From contig NC_068986.1 of assembly GCF_001194135.2 (NCBI RefSeq), positions 85,624,271 through 85,687,846 of the forward strand: a stretch of DNA of 63,576 bases. Reading direction: 5' to 3'. The position numbers were made by a program, and so were the translations under genes. This document shows, one piece after another, positions 36,351 to 51,455 of the stretch. The DNA comes from Octopus bimaculoides (Eukaryota). The notes beneath the pieces are model-generated. The model was not told the origin of the DNA. It ran no database searches and saw only the letters and a program-made list of their open reading frames with translations. Every line of letters begins with the position of its first letter. Position 1 is the stretch's first letter.

Positions 36351-38589
36351 TGTACGTGCACACACACGCGCAAGTGTTTGTGTTTTGGAAGGCAGTTTAA
36401 AACGGAAACTATCTATCTTTATCTAACACACAACCAAGAAACCCAGTACTACACACTGACATAAATATTCCCCATACATATGCACATGTATACAGTTCAC
36501 GCTTTCATTCTTGCTATANNNNNNNNNNNNNNNNNNNNNNNNNNNNNNNNNNNNNNNNNNNNNNNNNNNNNNNNNNNNNNNNNNNNNNNNNNNNNNNNNN
36601 NNNNNNNNNNNNNNNNNNNNNNNNNNNNNNNNNNNNNNNNNNNNNNNNNNNNNNNNNNNNNNNNNNNNNNNNNNNNNNNNNNNNNNNNNNNNNNNNNNNN
36701 NNNNNNNNNNNNNNNNNNNNNNNNNNNNNNNNNNNNNATATATATATATATATATATACACATACATGTATGTATGTATGTATATGTGTGCGTATGTATG
36801 TATATATGGGTGTATACAGGTGCGCAATACAATACAGAATCTGAACATAAAAATCGAGAAAATTCTTGAGGGTCTCAAATACTACATCGTTTCCACTGAT
36901 GAGATTGATGAAATTTAATTGTTTCTTTTTAAAATTAAGTTTAGAAGTTTCTTGCCTTTATAACATCGTCATTATACAATACATTCTCTGTGATACATCA
37001 TGTCGGTTAATGACATTAAATTTGTTTTTTTTATATCTATTTACGTTAGTTGTATATGGACATCAGCTCAGTAAAACACTTACAAGTTTCGTGATGAAAA
37101 TCAAAGGAAAATTCAGAAATACTTAAATAATTAAATATGTATAAGAATTATATACAAAAAGAAAAACAATGGTAAAAACAAAAACAAAAAGAAATACTGT
37201 GTAAAAATTCTTAAAACATGCAGTTTAATAATACAAACAAGCAACTTTTGCAAAATTTTTTGCTCGCTAAGAACGATGATAGATTTTGTTTTAACGTACG
37301 GTGTTTTTTTTCATTTATTTTTTAACATTTTTATTCTTTTTCTATATTTTTTCATTTGTCGATGTTACACATTTTTCTTAATAACGTATTTTGTTTCTGA
37401 TTTATTTAGTTATTAATTTTTTTTACTGTTCATTTTTCATTTCCATTGCCTCTTGTTTTTGTTGTTCAATATATGATTACATATGCGGTATCATTTGGTA
37501 TTACGTAAGAGGTGAAAACTTATAGAGTTGTATCTTCTACCATGTTTTCATTCATGAGCTAAGGCTTTCCGCTTTACATACACCTATAATGCTAATTGAA
37601 AAAAAGAGATAAACTATCCATGGTATTTCGTTCAGTTCTTTACGTCTGAGTTCTAGTCCTATCAAATTCATATATGCCTTCCATCATTACACAATATCAG
37701 TCAAACACTGGAGTAAATATTATAGACTTATCACTTCCCATAATTTTCCGGCCTTATACTTATGCTAAAGACGTAAGAAGCTAAAATATAAACCCGGATA
37801 GAAATTCTTTTTAATATTTATTTACACTGTTTGAATCATATAGATTTGATGGGATCTTTTCTGCTACTGTGACAGTTTTCTTGTTTTATATATTTTGTTC
37901 CAGTTGTTTTCAAATCTAGTATACTAATGTAGTTTTGTGTGCTAACTATGGAAATGAAATTTAATTTTTGCCATAAATTAATAAATAAATAGTTAATACC
38001 TTTAAAATTTGCAAATTTTGGGTAATTTCCGACAATCGAAAGCCACAAATATATTGGTGCCTGTTTCCATTATAAGAAAGTTGTTGTCTGCATAAAACTA
38101 CAATTTCATGTATATTCTTTACCCATCTATTTTCTTTGACAAGTGCCTGTTTTCTGAATATTTGTACTGAATTTTCGTCACTTTTACCTGTTTGTTTTTT
38201 GCTTTTAAACGGATATTTTTGGTTGCTTTGCTCTCGCTTGCTCATTTTAATCATTTTTACCAGTGTGATTTTTTTTTTTTGAGAAACTGATATTTTCGGT
38301 TGCTGCCCTGTCACTATCTTACCTCAATTTAATAATTTTAAGCTATGCGTTTTCCTGGAAATTTTCAGTTTAAATGGAAGTATGAACGCAAACAACTCAC
38401 TTAATGATTCGAGTATGCTGGAAAAGCCAAACAGGATACGGTTTCTTACTTGCAAGAGAAGGTTGCTATCCCTAAAAGAAATGTATGTACAAAATGACGC
38501 TATATGATGATTCACGGGAAAATTTACTTGGTGAGGGTTCGTGCACTTTATGTTCAAGGCAATCCTTGATCTGGCAAATGAAGAAATCA

Positions 38590-38608
38590 ATTACTACTAC
38601 TACTACTG

Positions 38609-38644
<36 letters not shown>

Positions 38645-39440
38645 ACGCCGCTGCTGCTGCTGCTGCTCCTGTTGCCACCGCCGTCGCCACGACCACGACC
38701 ACGACCACGACCATCACCACCACCACCACCACCNNNNNNNNNNNNNNNNNNNNNNNNNNNNNNNNNNNNNNNNNNNNNNNNNNNNNNNNNNNNNNNNNNN
38801 NNNNNNNNNNNNNNNNNNNNNNNNNNNNNNNNNNNNNNNNNNNNNNNNNNNNNNNNNNNNNNNNNNNNNNNNNNNNNNNNNNNNNNNNNNNNNNNNNNNN
38901 NNNNNNNNNNNNNNNNNNNNNNNNNNNNNNNNNNNNNNNNNNNNNNNNNNNNNNNNNNNNNNNNNNNNNNNNNNNNNNNNNNNNNNNNNNNNNNNNNNNN
39001 NNNNNNNNNNNNNNNNNNNNNNNNNNNNNNNNNNNNNNNNNNNNNNNNNNNNNNNNNNNNNNNNNNNNNNNNNNNNNNNNNNNNNNNNNNNNNNNNNNNN
39101 NNNNNNNNNNNNNNNNNNNNNNNNNNNNNNNNNNNNNNNNNNNNNNNNNNNNNNNNNNNNNNNNNNNNNNNNNNNNNNNNNNNNNNNNNNNNNNNNNNNN
39201 NNNNNNNNNNNNNNNNNNNNNNNNNNNNNNNNNNNNNNNNNNNNNNNNNNNNNNNNNNNNNNNNNNNNNNNNNNNNNNNNNNNNNNNNNNNNNNNNNNNN
39301 NNNNNNNNNNNNNNNNNNNNNNNNNNNNNNNNNNNNNNNNNNNNNNNNNNNNNNNNNNNNNNNNNNNNNNNNNNNNNNNNNNNNNNNNNNNNNNNNNNNN
39401 NNNNNNNNCACCACCACCACCACCACCACCACCACCACCA
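38590..39440. repeat. (CTA)/(CTG)/(ACG)/(ACC) trinucleotide tracts flanking a gap
   Basis: Direct reading. Confidence 0.9.
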
Positions 39441-40832
39441 CAAATCTTTCCCTATCTTGAATTCCATATTTCTGTTCTTTACTTTATTTGTCGCTTCTGA
39501 ATTCTTAGATGCTGTGTATTGTATTTATCACTTCCTCTGCTTTCACTCCGTCTTTTTTAACTAAATCATACTTATTTTTCTATATAACTTATTCTCATTT
39601 CTTTGAAACATTACTTACCCCTCAATATCTTTCTTCTTCCAGTCTTTAAATTCCACTTCCTTCCTTCAGTAAATTAGCATGTTATCAAAGACTGAGATTT
39701 TGGATTCACTTGTCCTTTCGCAATTTCTTGAACTCTACATCTCTATTTCTTACATTATTTGTCGCTTCCACGATCTTTCACTCTGTATTACTTTTATTTA
39801 TCACGTTCTCTTCTTACTTAATACATTTTTTTTCTTTAACTTACCCTTTCTATTTGAACCAAATCATAGACCTTTTACTATGTATCTTACACTGAGAATG
39901 ATTCTCCTTCATTTGAAGCTTTCATTTCTTTCAAACATGACTTCCTCGTAAAGTCTCTGTTTTTCCCCATTCTTTAAATCCCACTTCGTTTCTTCAGTAA
40001 ACTCCTTATCCTTTCTTTCTAAATCTCTTTCTCTTCACATACAATTACATTCCCTTTTCTGTCTCTAATTAACTATCTCAGCTTACTCTATACCACGCGT
40101 TCTCTGTTCCTCCCCAACCCACGCACGCATCTACAGCTACTACAGCTTCTTCAGTTCGGTGTTAATCTGTGAGAGATCAACACTGGTAATTTCATAGTTT
40201 TGTCTGGAATCATTAGCTTCGGACATCACCCTCTGACATCTGGAGCGTAAAAGACAAGGCGAAGTAATATTTGGTCAATTATATCCGCTCTACTGATTAC
40301 ATCGTGTTTGGGCTTCATTTGGGATGCAGAGATTATGAGAAGCGAGACATGAAGAAGAAGAAGAAGAAACGTTAGCAATAAGAACAACAACGATAAAAAC
40401 AACAACAACAACAACAACAAAAGCAATAGCGGCAACAGCAGCAGTAGCAGTAGCAACAACATTACGAATGTTACAAGAAAAATCAGAATAATTACAAGCG
40501 AACTAAAATAGAATACACAGAAAGAAAGAAGAGTGTGTTGAAACGGAAATATCGAACGATGAGCAGAAATGGAGGATATAAGAAGAGATGTAAGGAAAAT
40601 AGTCAGAGAGAAGGACAAATACAGATAATGGAATACAGAAAGAGAGAAATGGAGAGGGAACTCATCGACGTCCTTTAAAAAGGGAGGAACATGGTGAACA
40701 ACGTAGTTTTGGATACACTGTATCTACACAAAAGATGCGATGGTCAAGGTTGTAGTGTCTACTATTATAGTTATGTACGATCAAGGGATACAGGAGGTAC
40801 AACAGCAATGGCAACGGCAATAACAATGACAC

Positions 40833-40886
<54 letters not shown>

Positions 40887-40927
40887 CAGCAGCAGCAGCA
40901 GCAGCAGCAGCGGCATCGGCAGTGGTT

Positions 40928-41212
40928 TTATTATCATTATTCAGTAGTTTTATTTTTATAACGTGCTTTCACTTCCCTACCGAGCGCAGCTCTGTGTGCC
41001 TTGGGTATGTGCTGTGGTTTGCTGTGATGCTCTTATGGTTACTGTATTGAAAGTGTTTTGCGTAGAATGTGTGCAGTACCCAGTAGTGCAATTTTCTGTA
41101 TGTTTGTAAGTCCTGGTGTTTTTGTTATGTATTTGTCTGAATATTTTTTTAATTATACCTAAGGCTGGGATGATAGGAATTGTTTCTGTTTTTAGATTCC
41201 ACATTCGAGTTA
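40928..41212 (-). mobile_element. 5'-truncated Dong/R4 LINE (RLE C-terminus plus 3' UTR) between TAA tracts
   Basis: RMWNLKTETIPII.ALGIIKK..QKIALLGTAHILRKTLSIQ* (frameshifted). Its 5' end abuts (TAA)n and its 3' end runs into TAATGATAATAA. Confidence 0.8.
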
Positions 41213-41218
41213 TTATTA

Positions 41219-41305
<87 letters not shown>

Positions 41306-41689
41306 ATAGTAGTAACAGAAGCAGCAATGAAGGTATTAACAACAACAACAGCTACAGCAGCTGCAACAAACCGCAATCGACAACCTAGAAATAACTGCCA
41401 AACTGTGCTCGAATGATCACCAACCATTTTCATTCTCTAGATTTAAGTAAAATGACATGAACATATTAATTCTATCTAATTTTAACTGCAATTTCGAAGG
41501 TAGGATAAGCTGATTACATATAACCCAGTGCTTGACTGTTTCTTAGGTTACCAAGCATGTACGAATGAAAGGCAAAATCAACTACAGCGGAATTTGAACT
41601 TAGAACGTATACAGCCTTCAGCTACTCAGATAAACACCTTGCTAGTCATGCAGACGATACGAAAGCTTCTCAGGGGATACAATTTCCCG

Positions 41690-42345
41690 AAAATGTTGCG
41701 CATCTGCAAAAGGAGTTGAACGCAATATTCAGGTAGGCTGAGGACAATAGCATGCTGGAAAATTGCAAGCCCTGCGCTACCAGCACACGAATTTGAATGA
41801 GATGTAAACAGGATAGATTGGCGTAGGAGGAATTGCAATCCCTGAATCAACACCAGTAGGAGATTGGAATGAGTGACGATGCCTCTTTCCAGGTACATAT
41901 TACTAAATTGGGAATAAAACGCAGGCGGCTGGCTGGCTGGATCATCAAAACTTCCAGAACAAGAAGACAAGAAATCATTATGGTCCTTTAGAGGACATAT
42001 TTTCTCAGCTGCTTAGATTACCTGCTTCCAAGTATGATTACCACACAGTGCAAAATTAACAACAGAGTTCGAAGCTACACAAAGAAGATCGTCTCAATGC
42101 GGCACATTTGCTACAGGGGAAAACTGAGAAAGTTAAAATTCTGCTCTTTAAAATGAATGCAAGAAACTTATGCAGTGATATAGATCTGGAAAATCCTGGA
42201 AGAACTAGTACCAAATTTTGGCATTGAATGTTACACCAACTGTAGAACAGGGAACCACTGCATAGTGCTAAAAATCCCAGCTTGGGTTTCAGGGGCCCAC
42301 AGCTATTCATTATCTTCCACAATGTCTGTGAGACCTACATGGGGT
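41690..42345 (+). mobile_element. CR1-group LINE RT C-terminal fragment
   Basis: LQKELNAIFR*AEDNSM..MSDDASFQVHI..LAGWIIKT.RTR..LDY..IWKILEELVPNFGIECYTN.RTG.HCIV.KIP..SLGFRGPQLF. Confidence 0.82.
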
Positions 42346-43168
42346 GGATGTAGGTTCCTTCAAAACAAAACTAGATCTCCTCTCGAGAGCTACAGAATCT
42401 ACCTTGCGGCAGGGAACGCGGATGTAGATAGCAGCGTCAAATTTCCTCATTCACAAAATGCCACACATCAGAAAAGGTTTTAATTAGTAAAAGTGTAGCA
42501 AAGGTAACAGAGGGGCTCCACCATAGCCGATGCACATGAGCTGAAACAATTTAAAGAATAAAAAAAAGAGAGATTTGGAGGACACGGTTAGAATTATTTT
42601 GTCTGAAGAGCCAACGATTTTGCTAGCTCCACGCTTATCGTGAATACATAATAAAGCCGGCTTTAGTCTATAATAAAATGTACCGTATTAGTTGCATAAA
42701 ATGCACTAGTTCGAGGTACATTATATCTATAGAAAATAGACGGAGTGGTCACGATGTAACGCTTTTGTTTTAAGCCTGCTCAAAGAAGACTAATCTGGAG
42801 TTTAATAACAGCAGAAAACCAATTTCATATCTTCCTTTCTGGTATAAAATCAAGGAATAATCTAAGTACATAATAAAATGGTTCATATGAGAGACCTATG
42901 TAGTCTTTTATGTGTAATAATATTTAGTTTTGCATTGATTTGTGAATACACAATTGTATTATATAATGCATAGCATGCATATTAATACAAACATGTAAAC
43001 GTGATTTTATTCCACAATAAGATTATTGCTACATGAAGAAGACTGCGAAACGTCGGTCATCCTATATTTTTCAAGAGGTTAGATAAATATATTTACCTCT
43101 CACACCTCCTGGCATTTTTAAGGTTTTATACACACATACACACACAAACACACACACATACATGTGTG

Positions 43169-43206
<38 letters not shown>

Positions 43207-43223
43207 NNNNNNNNNNTGTGCCC

Positions 43224-43263
<40 letters not shown>

Positions 43264-43997
43264 ATGTGAGAAGAGAAACAGTTACACAAATGCAATATTG
43301 TCAATATCAGAAAGATAATCGAAACACCCAGATAAAATTATGGCAGCATCTACAGAAAGGCAATAGCAACTACTGCACTAACGACATATTCAAAAGAACA
43401 AACAAGCGCAAAAATAGTGCTAACAACAAAGCAAATACTTTCAAATCAATTCGGCAAATCAAAAATATCAAATATGCAATGACTGTGTCAAGTTCAACAT
43501 TATTAACCATAACAGCACGGATAACAATATAAAAGAAAGTATTGCAGCAAACAGCATTAGCACAAAATCAACATGATAACAATAAAAAACAAAAATGTTA
43601 ATATCAAGAACAGGAGAATCCAAGTAGCTACCAAGAAGTGTTACGTGGTTGGCCAAGTTGCTGGAAATAGGACTGAAGTCTTATTCCAGGTTCATCCTTC
43701 TGTCTTGACAAAAGTAAGGTCATTTTTGAATGATAATGTAGTCTTAGATATACTGTTCCTGAAAATGAGCTAGGATTGTTAAGAATAAAGGCCCTCTGAC
43801 CATAGGTTTACTGGCTGAAGACTGACCTATGGCTAAACATCATCAGATCTATAAAATTTATTTGATGCTGACATTAACAGCTAAAGCAGTACAAGACAAC
43901 AAGGAAGCCTTTAAACGGTCTCTCCTCTTTTTTAATGACAACCAAATCGTCATGAAATTAATCCCTATCTTTTTAAGGAAAGAAAGGCGCATTATAT

Positions 43998-44205
43998 GGA
44001 GAGTGGGAAGAATCGTTAGCCCGCTTGCCAAAATGTTTAGCGACATTTCGTCCGTCTTCATGTTCTGAGTTCAAATTCCGCCGAGGTCGACTTTACCTTT
44101 TATCTTTTTGAGATTGATAAAGTGAGTACCGATTGAGCGTTGAAGTCGATGTAATCGACTTACACCCTCCTCCGAAATTCCTGGCCTGGTGCCAAAATTT
44201 GAAGC
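43998..44205 (+). mobile_element. SINE family A
   Basis: GAATCGTTAGC..GAGTTCAAATTCCGCCGAGGTCGACTTT. Confidence 0.82.
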
Positions 44206-45119
44206 TATTATATAAGTTACTTCGATAAAAATTTTAAAAAGACAGGTTGACCACGTGTGGAATTTTTTTGATCACAGTTCTGTTAGACTACGGATGACGT
44301 GATGAACAACTAAAGTAGTTAGGGACGCAATGACGGAGCATCGTCCTACAAGATGAAGTCAGAACTCGGCCCAACCACTTTGACATATTTGCAAGCAAGC
44401 ACGTGGATTACAGATGGAACAACTGTTAAATGAATTACAATACATTTCTGAATATCTGAGCGTACAGGGACTATTGTGCTTATATCTATGGTAGTGAATG
44501 TGTGGGTCGAACCAATGCATCGCTCGAACGATCACTTATGTGCTGTATCTAGAAGAGTTTGAGAATAGCCGTGGCTAAGTAACACTTCTAACAGTACAAT
44601 AAAAAAAAAGATCAAGCCAATGAGGGATCCGGTTTTGTATTTGTTCAGCTTGTTAAAAATAGCAATCAAAGCTTCCTCAAATCACATCCTATCGACTTAA
44701 AGAAAAGCATACATAACAAATAAGGCACTCACATGTATCTTGAATTAGATGAGATAGTCGTGGTTGAAATGACTTTGGTCATAGATCTGCTTGATCAGGG
44801 TTAATATGTAGCTAATCAACGCAATAAGAACATATACAACTGTATCAGTTACTACAAAAATACATCATGAAGACCAATGAGAATCTTCATTTAATAGGTT
44901 GATATAAATTTACAAATTCTTAGAGGAGCTGATGAATTGGATCCTTCGTCTTTTGCTATATTAATTTACTGAACCTGGATGGATGACTGGCAAAACGAGA
45001 TTTGATCCCACCTAGTAGAGGAACAGATGTAATTATCGAAAGTATTTGTTCAGATTATTCCAACAATATTGTTCATTTACAAAACTATGTTCTGTCAAAA
45101 TGATAGTTTCAAATTTTAG

Positions 45120-45310
45120 CACAAGGCCAGCATTTTGGAAGGATGGGGGTAAATCGATTACATCAACTTCAGTACTCAACTGGTACTTACATTGCCGACC
45201 GCAAAAAGATGAAAGGTGAAGTCGACCCCGAAGGTAATTTGAATTCAGAACATAAAGAGAGAAAATGCCGGTAAGCATTTGGTCCGGCATCGTTACGATT
45301 CTGCCAGGTC
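45120..45310 (-). mobile_element. SINE family A
   Basis: Family core and head are recognisable. Confidence 0.75.
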
Positions 45311-47699
45311 ACAGATAAGTTGAGAGGCACATATAACGTATTCTTTGTTTCAGAACACTTTAAAATCATTTCCTATGTATGTATAGTACTAAGCTATTTT
45401 AAAACAATTTTGCATACTTGAATATCGTGAAGTCTCTATCATACAAATACAATTCCTAAATTTAGTAATACGACGATTGACAAACTGAACATTAGATGAT
45501 AAATGAATTCGTAGTACCAGCAAAAGAAGAAAACAAAAATGCTTTCCGACATTTGCACTTTTGTGTGGAAATCTTAACAGTCATTTATTTGAAGTGCACA
45601 AGATTTTATCACTTTAAATATTTCTAAATAGACCATAATGAGTTTTGAATGAGAGACGTACTAGAAAATAACAAATGACTGTGTCTTTATTACTTGCCAG
45701 TGGGTACCCCAACATGATTGTAACAATTTGGTCTATCTCAAATTATTCAAAGAAACAAAAGTAAAGGCGAGAATGATGACTGCTTGAGTTTTACATCTGT
45801 ATCATTCACCAATTTCTACATTATTTGTACTATACATCACTACTCTGAGTAAAAGTACTGAATGAAGATGTATTCTATCCAAGTAGCAAATTAGATTAAT
45901 ATGCAGACGAATCTCAGACATTTTTGTAATGTTCTGGCTTCACAATTTGTAATTCTTGGTTACTTCCACATAAGGGATTCCAGTTAGAAATGGATTAACA
46001 ACTATTGGGGCAGAGACTAGGAGGAACACTCCTCAACATATTATTGGTCTGCATATGAAAATACATGTCTAATTACATATTGAAGTAATACGGTATTTAT
46101 TTTCCCTTAAAACCTGATGGACTGATATATCAATTAGTTGGGTCATAATCTGAACTAACAATATTTTCTCTTAATAGGTCGTCTGCAATTCTTGTAACCT
46201 TAGAATTCAATCTCCCCCTATTATCTTCATTTTTGTATTCAGTTTGAAGCTTCTAGTGTTATTGCTTTACCCAGAGGACGCTGCCGACATATTGTGCTGG
46301 AACACGAACTGATAAAGCCATCAAGCGAAAAACCGACAAATTATCTCTCCACTCAGCCATTGTGAGCTGACTGCAACGAAACTCAGTGTTGTAAATATTG
46401 TACATAATCAGTCACTGAATTAACAAGCGCTCTTCAAATGAGCCATTTTTGACATGTAAAGAATAATCTCTTCGCTAATCAAGTGAAAAATCGTTGAGCG
46501 GAAAGAGGAAAATTAAAAATATAAATTCAAGAGTAAAACACAAAAACATACGATGAAATGACACCCTCTTCAAAAATAAAATCAAATAAACGGAGGAAAA
46601 AAAAAAGAAAAATTAAAAAGAAAAATATTAAATCCAAATTAATACAAATCACCAATAAATGTTATAGGTTCTTAAATATTCAACATTTAAAAATCTAAAA
46701 TTAAAAGAAACAAAAATATCTGACGCAAACAAAAATAAAATACGAATTATAAATTTATCGAATAAAATATAACACAAAAGAAACGGTAAAACAAGATTTC
46801 TAAACAGCTGAAAACAATGTTAAAAATAAGAATATAAATTTATAAACGCAAGGCAAAATTGAAAAATAAAAGATAAAATCCTCTGAAAAAGTATTCCAAA
46901 TGAGAGTTTTAATATAAATCCGTTCGGATGCGGAGCGTGAAATTTCTGACAAGAATCTTATCATAATTTGCCATTATGATCTCCTAAATTCCACATTCCA
47001 TTTGCAGCATTCAATTTTTCCTCCTTTTCCTTCTAACACTACCACACTTCCATGATTTCTTTTCTCTCACATGCACAAGTACACATTTAATCTTCCTACA
47101 CCTCTGCCTCTCCTTCTAATACCTTCCTTCCTCCTACACATCAAAATCATTATCATTCTCATGTTTTCATGTTAGCGTCCTTTTTGTCCTTTTCGCTAAT
47201 ATATTGCCTATCATTTTCAGGCTATTTATCATAATCATTATTACTATTATTGTTTTATTATTTATTGTAAACGGTATTATTATTATTGTTGTTGTTGTTG
47301 TTTTTGATAATGTTATTTTTATTTTTGTTTACATTATAATTTTGTGGTCCTATTCAAGAAAGATGACAGCATTCAAATTGAAGAGTTTGTATAACATGAA
47401 TGTATTTCATATATATAAATATTTACACACAGATGTATAATGTATATGGAAATACATGCGTGTGCACATTTTATGTAAGCATATGCGCACATATATACAT
47501 ACATGCATATATACATACATATGTATATANNNNNNNNNNGTATGTATATATATATATACTAGTTTACTATATACATATATAGAGAGTAAATGATGATAGA
47601 AAAGACAAAAACAAGATTAGAGAAATAAAAGAAAATGTTGATGACAACCAAATTTAAATCAAAGAAAACCATAACAAAACGACATATCAAAATAATAAT

Positions 47700-47763
47700 G
47701 AGGTTAATAAATACTACAACTACACATAATAATGATAATAATAATAATAATCATAACAACGAC

Positions 47764-47810
<47 letters not shown>

Positions 47811-47848
47811 TAATAATAATAACAATAATAATAATAGTGATGATGATA

Positions 47849-47898
<50 letters not shown>

Positions 47899-48198
47899 GA
47901 GGTGGTGGAGGAGGAGGAGGGGGAGGGGATTAAGGAGGCGTGGAAGTCGAAGAAAAAGAAAAAGAGGAGGAAGCGGTGGCGGAAAGGAGGGAGAAGTATA
48001 AGAAGAAGAAAAAGGAGGAGGTAGGGCGAAGTGGAAGGACAAGAAGAAGAAGAGAAAGAAGTAAAAAAGGAGAAAATGACGACGATGCGAATGATTACAG
48101 CGATATTTATGATAATGATGATGATGATGATGAAAATGTTACAGATTAATAATATATAAAATAATAGAAAAAAATAACATGCAGCTAGGACTTCAAAA

Positions 48199-48270
<72 letters not shown>
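47700..48270. repeat. (TAA)n/(GAT)n/(GAG)n then (CA)n(TA)n tracts
   Basis: Direct reading. Confidence 0.9.
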
Positions 48271-48280
<10 letters not shown>

Positions 48281-48911
48281 CAATATAAAAACGGAATAAA
48301 AGAGCATCGTACTACACTGGAAAATTTGAAAATGAATAACAACCGGAACAGAGAAACAAAAAATAGAGCAAAAAGCAAAATAAAAATCATCAGCTTTGAA
48401 AAGTTTTTGAAGAAAAAATCAAAGCAAATGAAAAAAACATAATAAAAACGAAATTTAAAGCAAGGGAAAATATCTTAAGAAAATGAAAAAAAGCATAAGG
48501 CATAAATAGATATGTTTTGTATTATGTATTGCTTTACAATAAGTAAAAAGAAAAAAAGAAAGAAATTGCTCTCTAATATTGGAGGATAAAAATGAGAAGA
48601 GAGGTCAGACTATAACAGGCTCTATTAAACTGTAATATATTCACACAATTTCAAAATCTCAACCTCACTATTTCCATCTCCTATTAAAGACAAATTTATG
48701 CTAATTAATCTTCCGTTTGATCATCAGAGTAGGAATAACAGATTAAAGGAATAGAAAATTTGCGAAGTTAATAAAAATCCATATATACATACATAAATGC
48801 ATACAAGTTTATATATGCGCATTTTATGCATACATTAGCCAGTACAACACATACATACACATGCACACGCTTGTGCATTCATACACACATACACACACAT
48901 ATATATATGCA

Positions 48912-48977
<66 letters not shown>

Positions 48978-49654
48978 ATACACATATCCATATACATTAT
49001 ATGTTTGCGTATATGTATTTGTGTGTGTATTGTATGTGTGTATACATCTGCATTTGTGCACGTGAATGTGCGTACATAGATACGTATCATCGTATTATAC
49101 TTGAAATGCAAATATTTAGGATAGGCTCCATAAAAACATGTAATATATGCATACATGTTTAACCATTACCCATATAATATGCATATACATATGCAAATGT
49201 ATGTACACACACGCACATAAACACATACACGGACACCTCCATACCCTCCACTCCAAACGCAACTCTGCATGCAACGGCCACTAAAACATACACCCACATA
49301 GATTCGCACATGCAATAGTAAAAATATATTAACATTTCTTTAATTAAAAGGAATTAATTTATAAACAATAAATATTCTGCAAGTCATGTTATTCAATTTT
49401 CATTGTATGATTGTTCGACAATGTGTATAGTTAAGTCTGTTTGTAACGTGCGTTGATGTCAGGGACTTTATGTATGCATATTGCTATTGTTGTGCAATAT
49501 TCGTTTCTGGTTAGAACTGTGTACAAGTCTAGGTGTGCTTGTGTGTATATAGGTGTTTTTGCTTTTTATTTGAGCATATCCTAGTATTTTTGTACAAGAT
49601 TCACTGCAACGTGTGCGAATATGTGAATGTGTGTGTGTGTATAGACAGTGAGAG

Positions 49655-49708
<54 letters not shown>

Positions 49709-51124
49709 TAGAGAGAGCAAGAAACAGACAGCGAATGAAAGGTGGCACAGAACGACAAACGATAAAGGAACACATGGAAAACAAACACAAAAGACATGGA
49801 CACGGTCATCCCTCCTCAGTAGCCGAACAACAGTCATTACAATTTCGCGCTATTATCGATCAAGATGTTCATCAAAAATGCTTTGGGATATGTGAGCGGA
49901 AGTGAAGGACAGAATGAGAGCAATATAGAAAAGACATGGCAATTAATATATCCACTGCATCCAGTTCCTTACTCAGTCGTCTTGACCTGGTTTTTCATTG
50001 GATTGAAGATGTCCACAGACAAGTGAGTGGTGCACAACTCTTCTCGGCTTTAAACAAAGTCACAGCACAACATATCAGTCATCCATATGAATCACTAGAT
50101 GGTCCTCATTGCACCGATGGGCAAACATAATTTCACAGCCTCATCTTTTACGTGTGTAGTCGATTTTGGCTTCTTTGTTAGTTTCTTTCTTGTCGACGTG
50201 AGGGGATTTATAGTTGCAATCTGTGTGTTCAGTATATTAATTGTAACCATGCGTTGCGCTATTAATATTGTTCTCATAATCAATTCAATCTTTTATATCT
50301 CTGGGAAATTCTATAAAGTATGAAATCATTTTTCTATGTTTTTATGGTGTGTTGTGTAGTGTATCATAATTACGTAATTATATCTTGGGTTAAATGCATG
50401 GTAATCTCACAAAAGTGTTTTGTAATTGTTTGTTCAGTCCAAAATTATGATATAGAATATTTGAATATTTTCAATAAAAGCAATATGAAACTTTAAATAA
50501 CCGCAAACATGGTTTTAAAATCGATCCATTTATGAGATATGAAATGCTTCTTTCATGCTGTCTTTTGTATTGTTTAACCGCATATATTTTTACCTTTTCG
50601 TAGAGTTTTCAAGACGGCGGTGCGTGATTTCGATGAATTGGTGCAATCATCAGAGCACCTGAATGAATGTCACGTGGTGTTTGTTTCGGTTCTTAGCGTT
50701 CCGAGTTCAAATTCCTGGGAGACCTACATGATAGTGTACTTAATACATTTCCGTTTACCACAACTGACACTTCGAGTCCGTTTAGAAGAATCCATCTGCT
50801 GCAAGCGTTCATTCCTCCGTCCAACATATCTAGGAAACCCAATAAAGTTTCATAGACCATGCCTTCCAACGTGACTGCAATTTAAAAATGCCTCTTTTGA
50901 AAATATATCTTCTAACAGTGTAGAATCTAGTGAAATCATCAGCGGTATGAAACCTAGCGACAAATTAGAATATTTATTTGATTGTAGCCCACATGCCGAC
51001 ATCTATAAATGCTGAAATGTTCCCAACAAGCTGGCCATTATAAAGTGATGTGAACTCTGTTCGTTAAATTATCTCAACATTTTTATGACACACAGAGAGC
51101 TTCTACGTTTTCTTAAGGATACAT

Positions 51125-51455
51125 TAGAGCCCGAAGTATAAAAAGCAAAGTCGACGTCGACGGAATTTTAATTCAGAACGGAAACATGGACGAAATGCCG
51201 CTCAGTAATTTGCCCGGTGTGCAGTATTTTTCACCTCCTTTTTCATTGATTTAATATCGGTTTGAAGTTTTGTTGGAATGGCAACAAAGTCGGGGTGGGC
51301 TAGTCGATTACATTGACCCCACTATTCAACTGGTACTTATTTTATCGACCTCAAAATGATGAGAGGCAAAGTCGACCTCGGCAGAATTTGAATTCAAAAT
51401 GGAAAGCAGAGGGAACGTCGTTAAGCATCTTGCTTGGCATGCTAACAATTCTGCT
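51125..51455 (-). mobile_element. Two adjacent SINE family A copies (partial 51125-51225; fuller 51290-51455)
   Basis: AAAGTCGAC..GGAATTT repeated, with family head fragments. Confidence 0.75.

Noticed and set aside
38445-38573. Splice-site-flanked segments on the minus strand (also about 54490-54545) and on the plus strand at 25215-25375
   Set aside because: Plausible AG/GT signals but no recognisable peptide. Such sites occur by chance in AT-rich DNA.
43030-43059. ATGAAGAAG-ACTGC-GAAACGTC-GGTCA, a PLE-like hammerhead remnant
   Set aside because: C3 is missing and helices I and II do not pair convincingly. It is possibly a relic but not supportable.
49936-50010. SLLSRLDLVF resembles the MCM arginine-finger motif (LLSRFDL)
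   Set aside because: It is only a short match with in-frame stops just upstream and no other MCM motifs.
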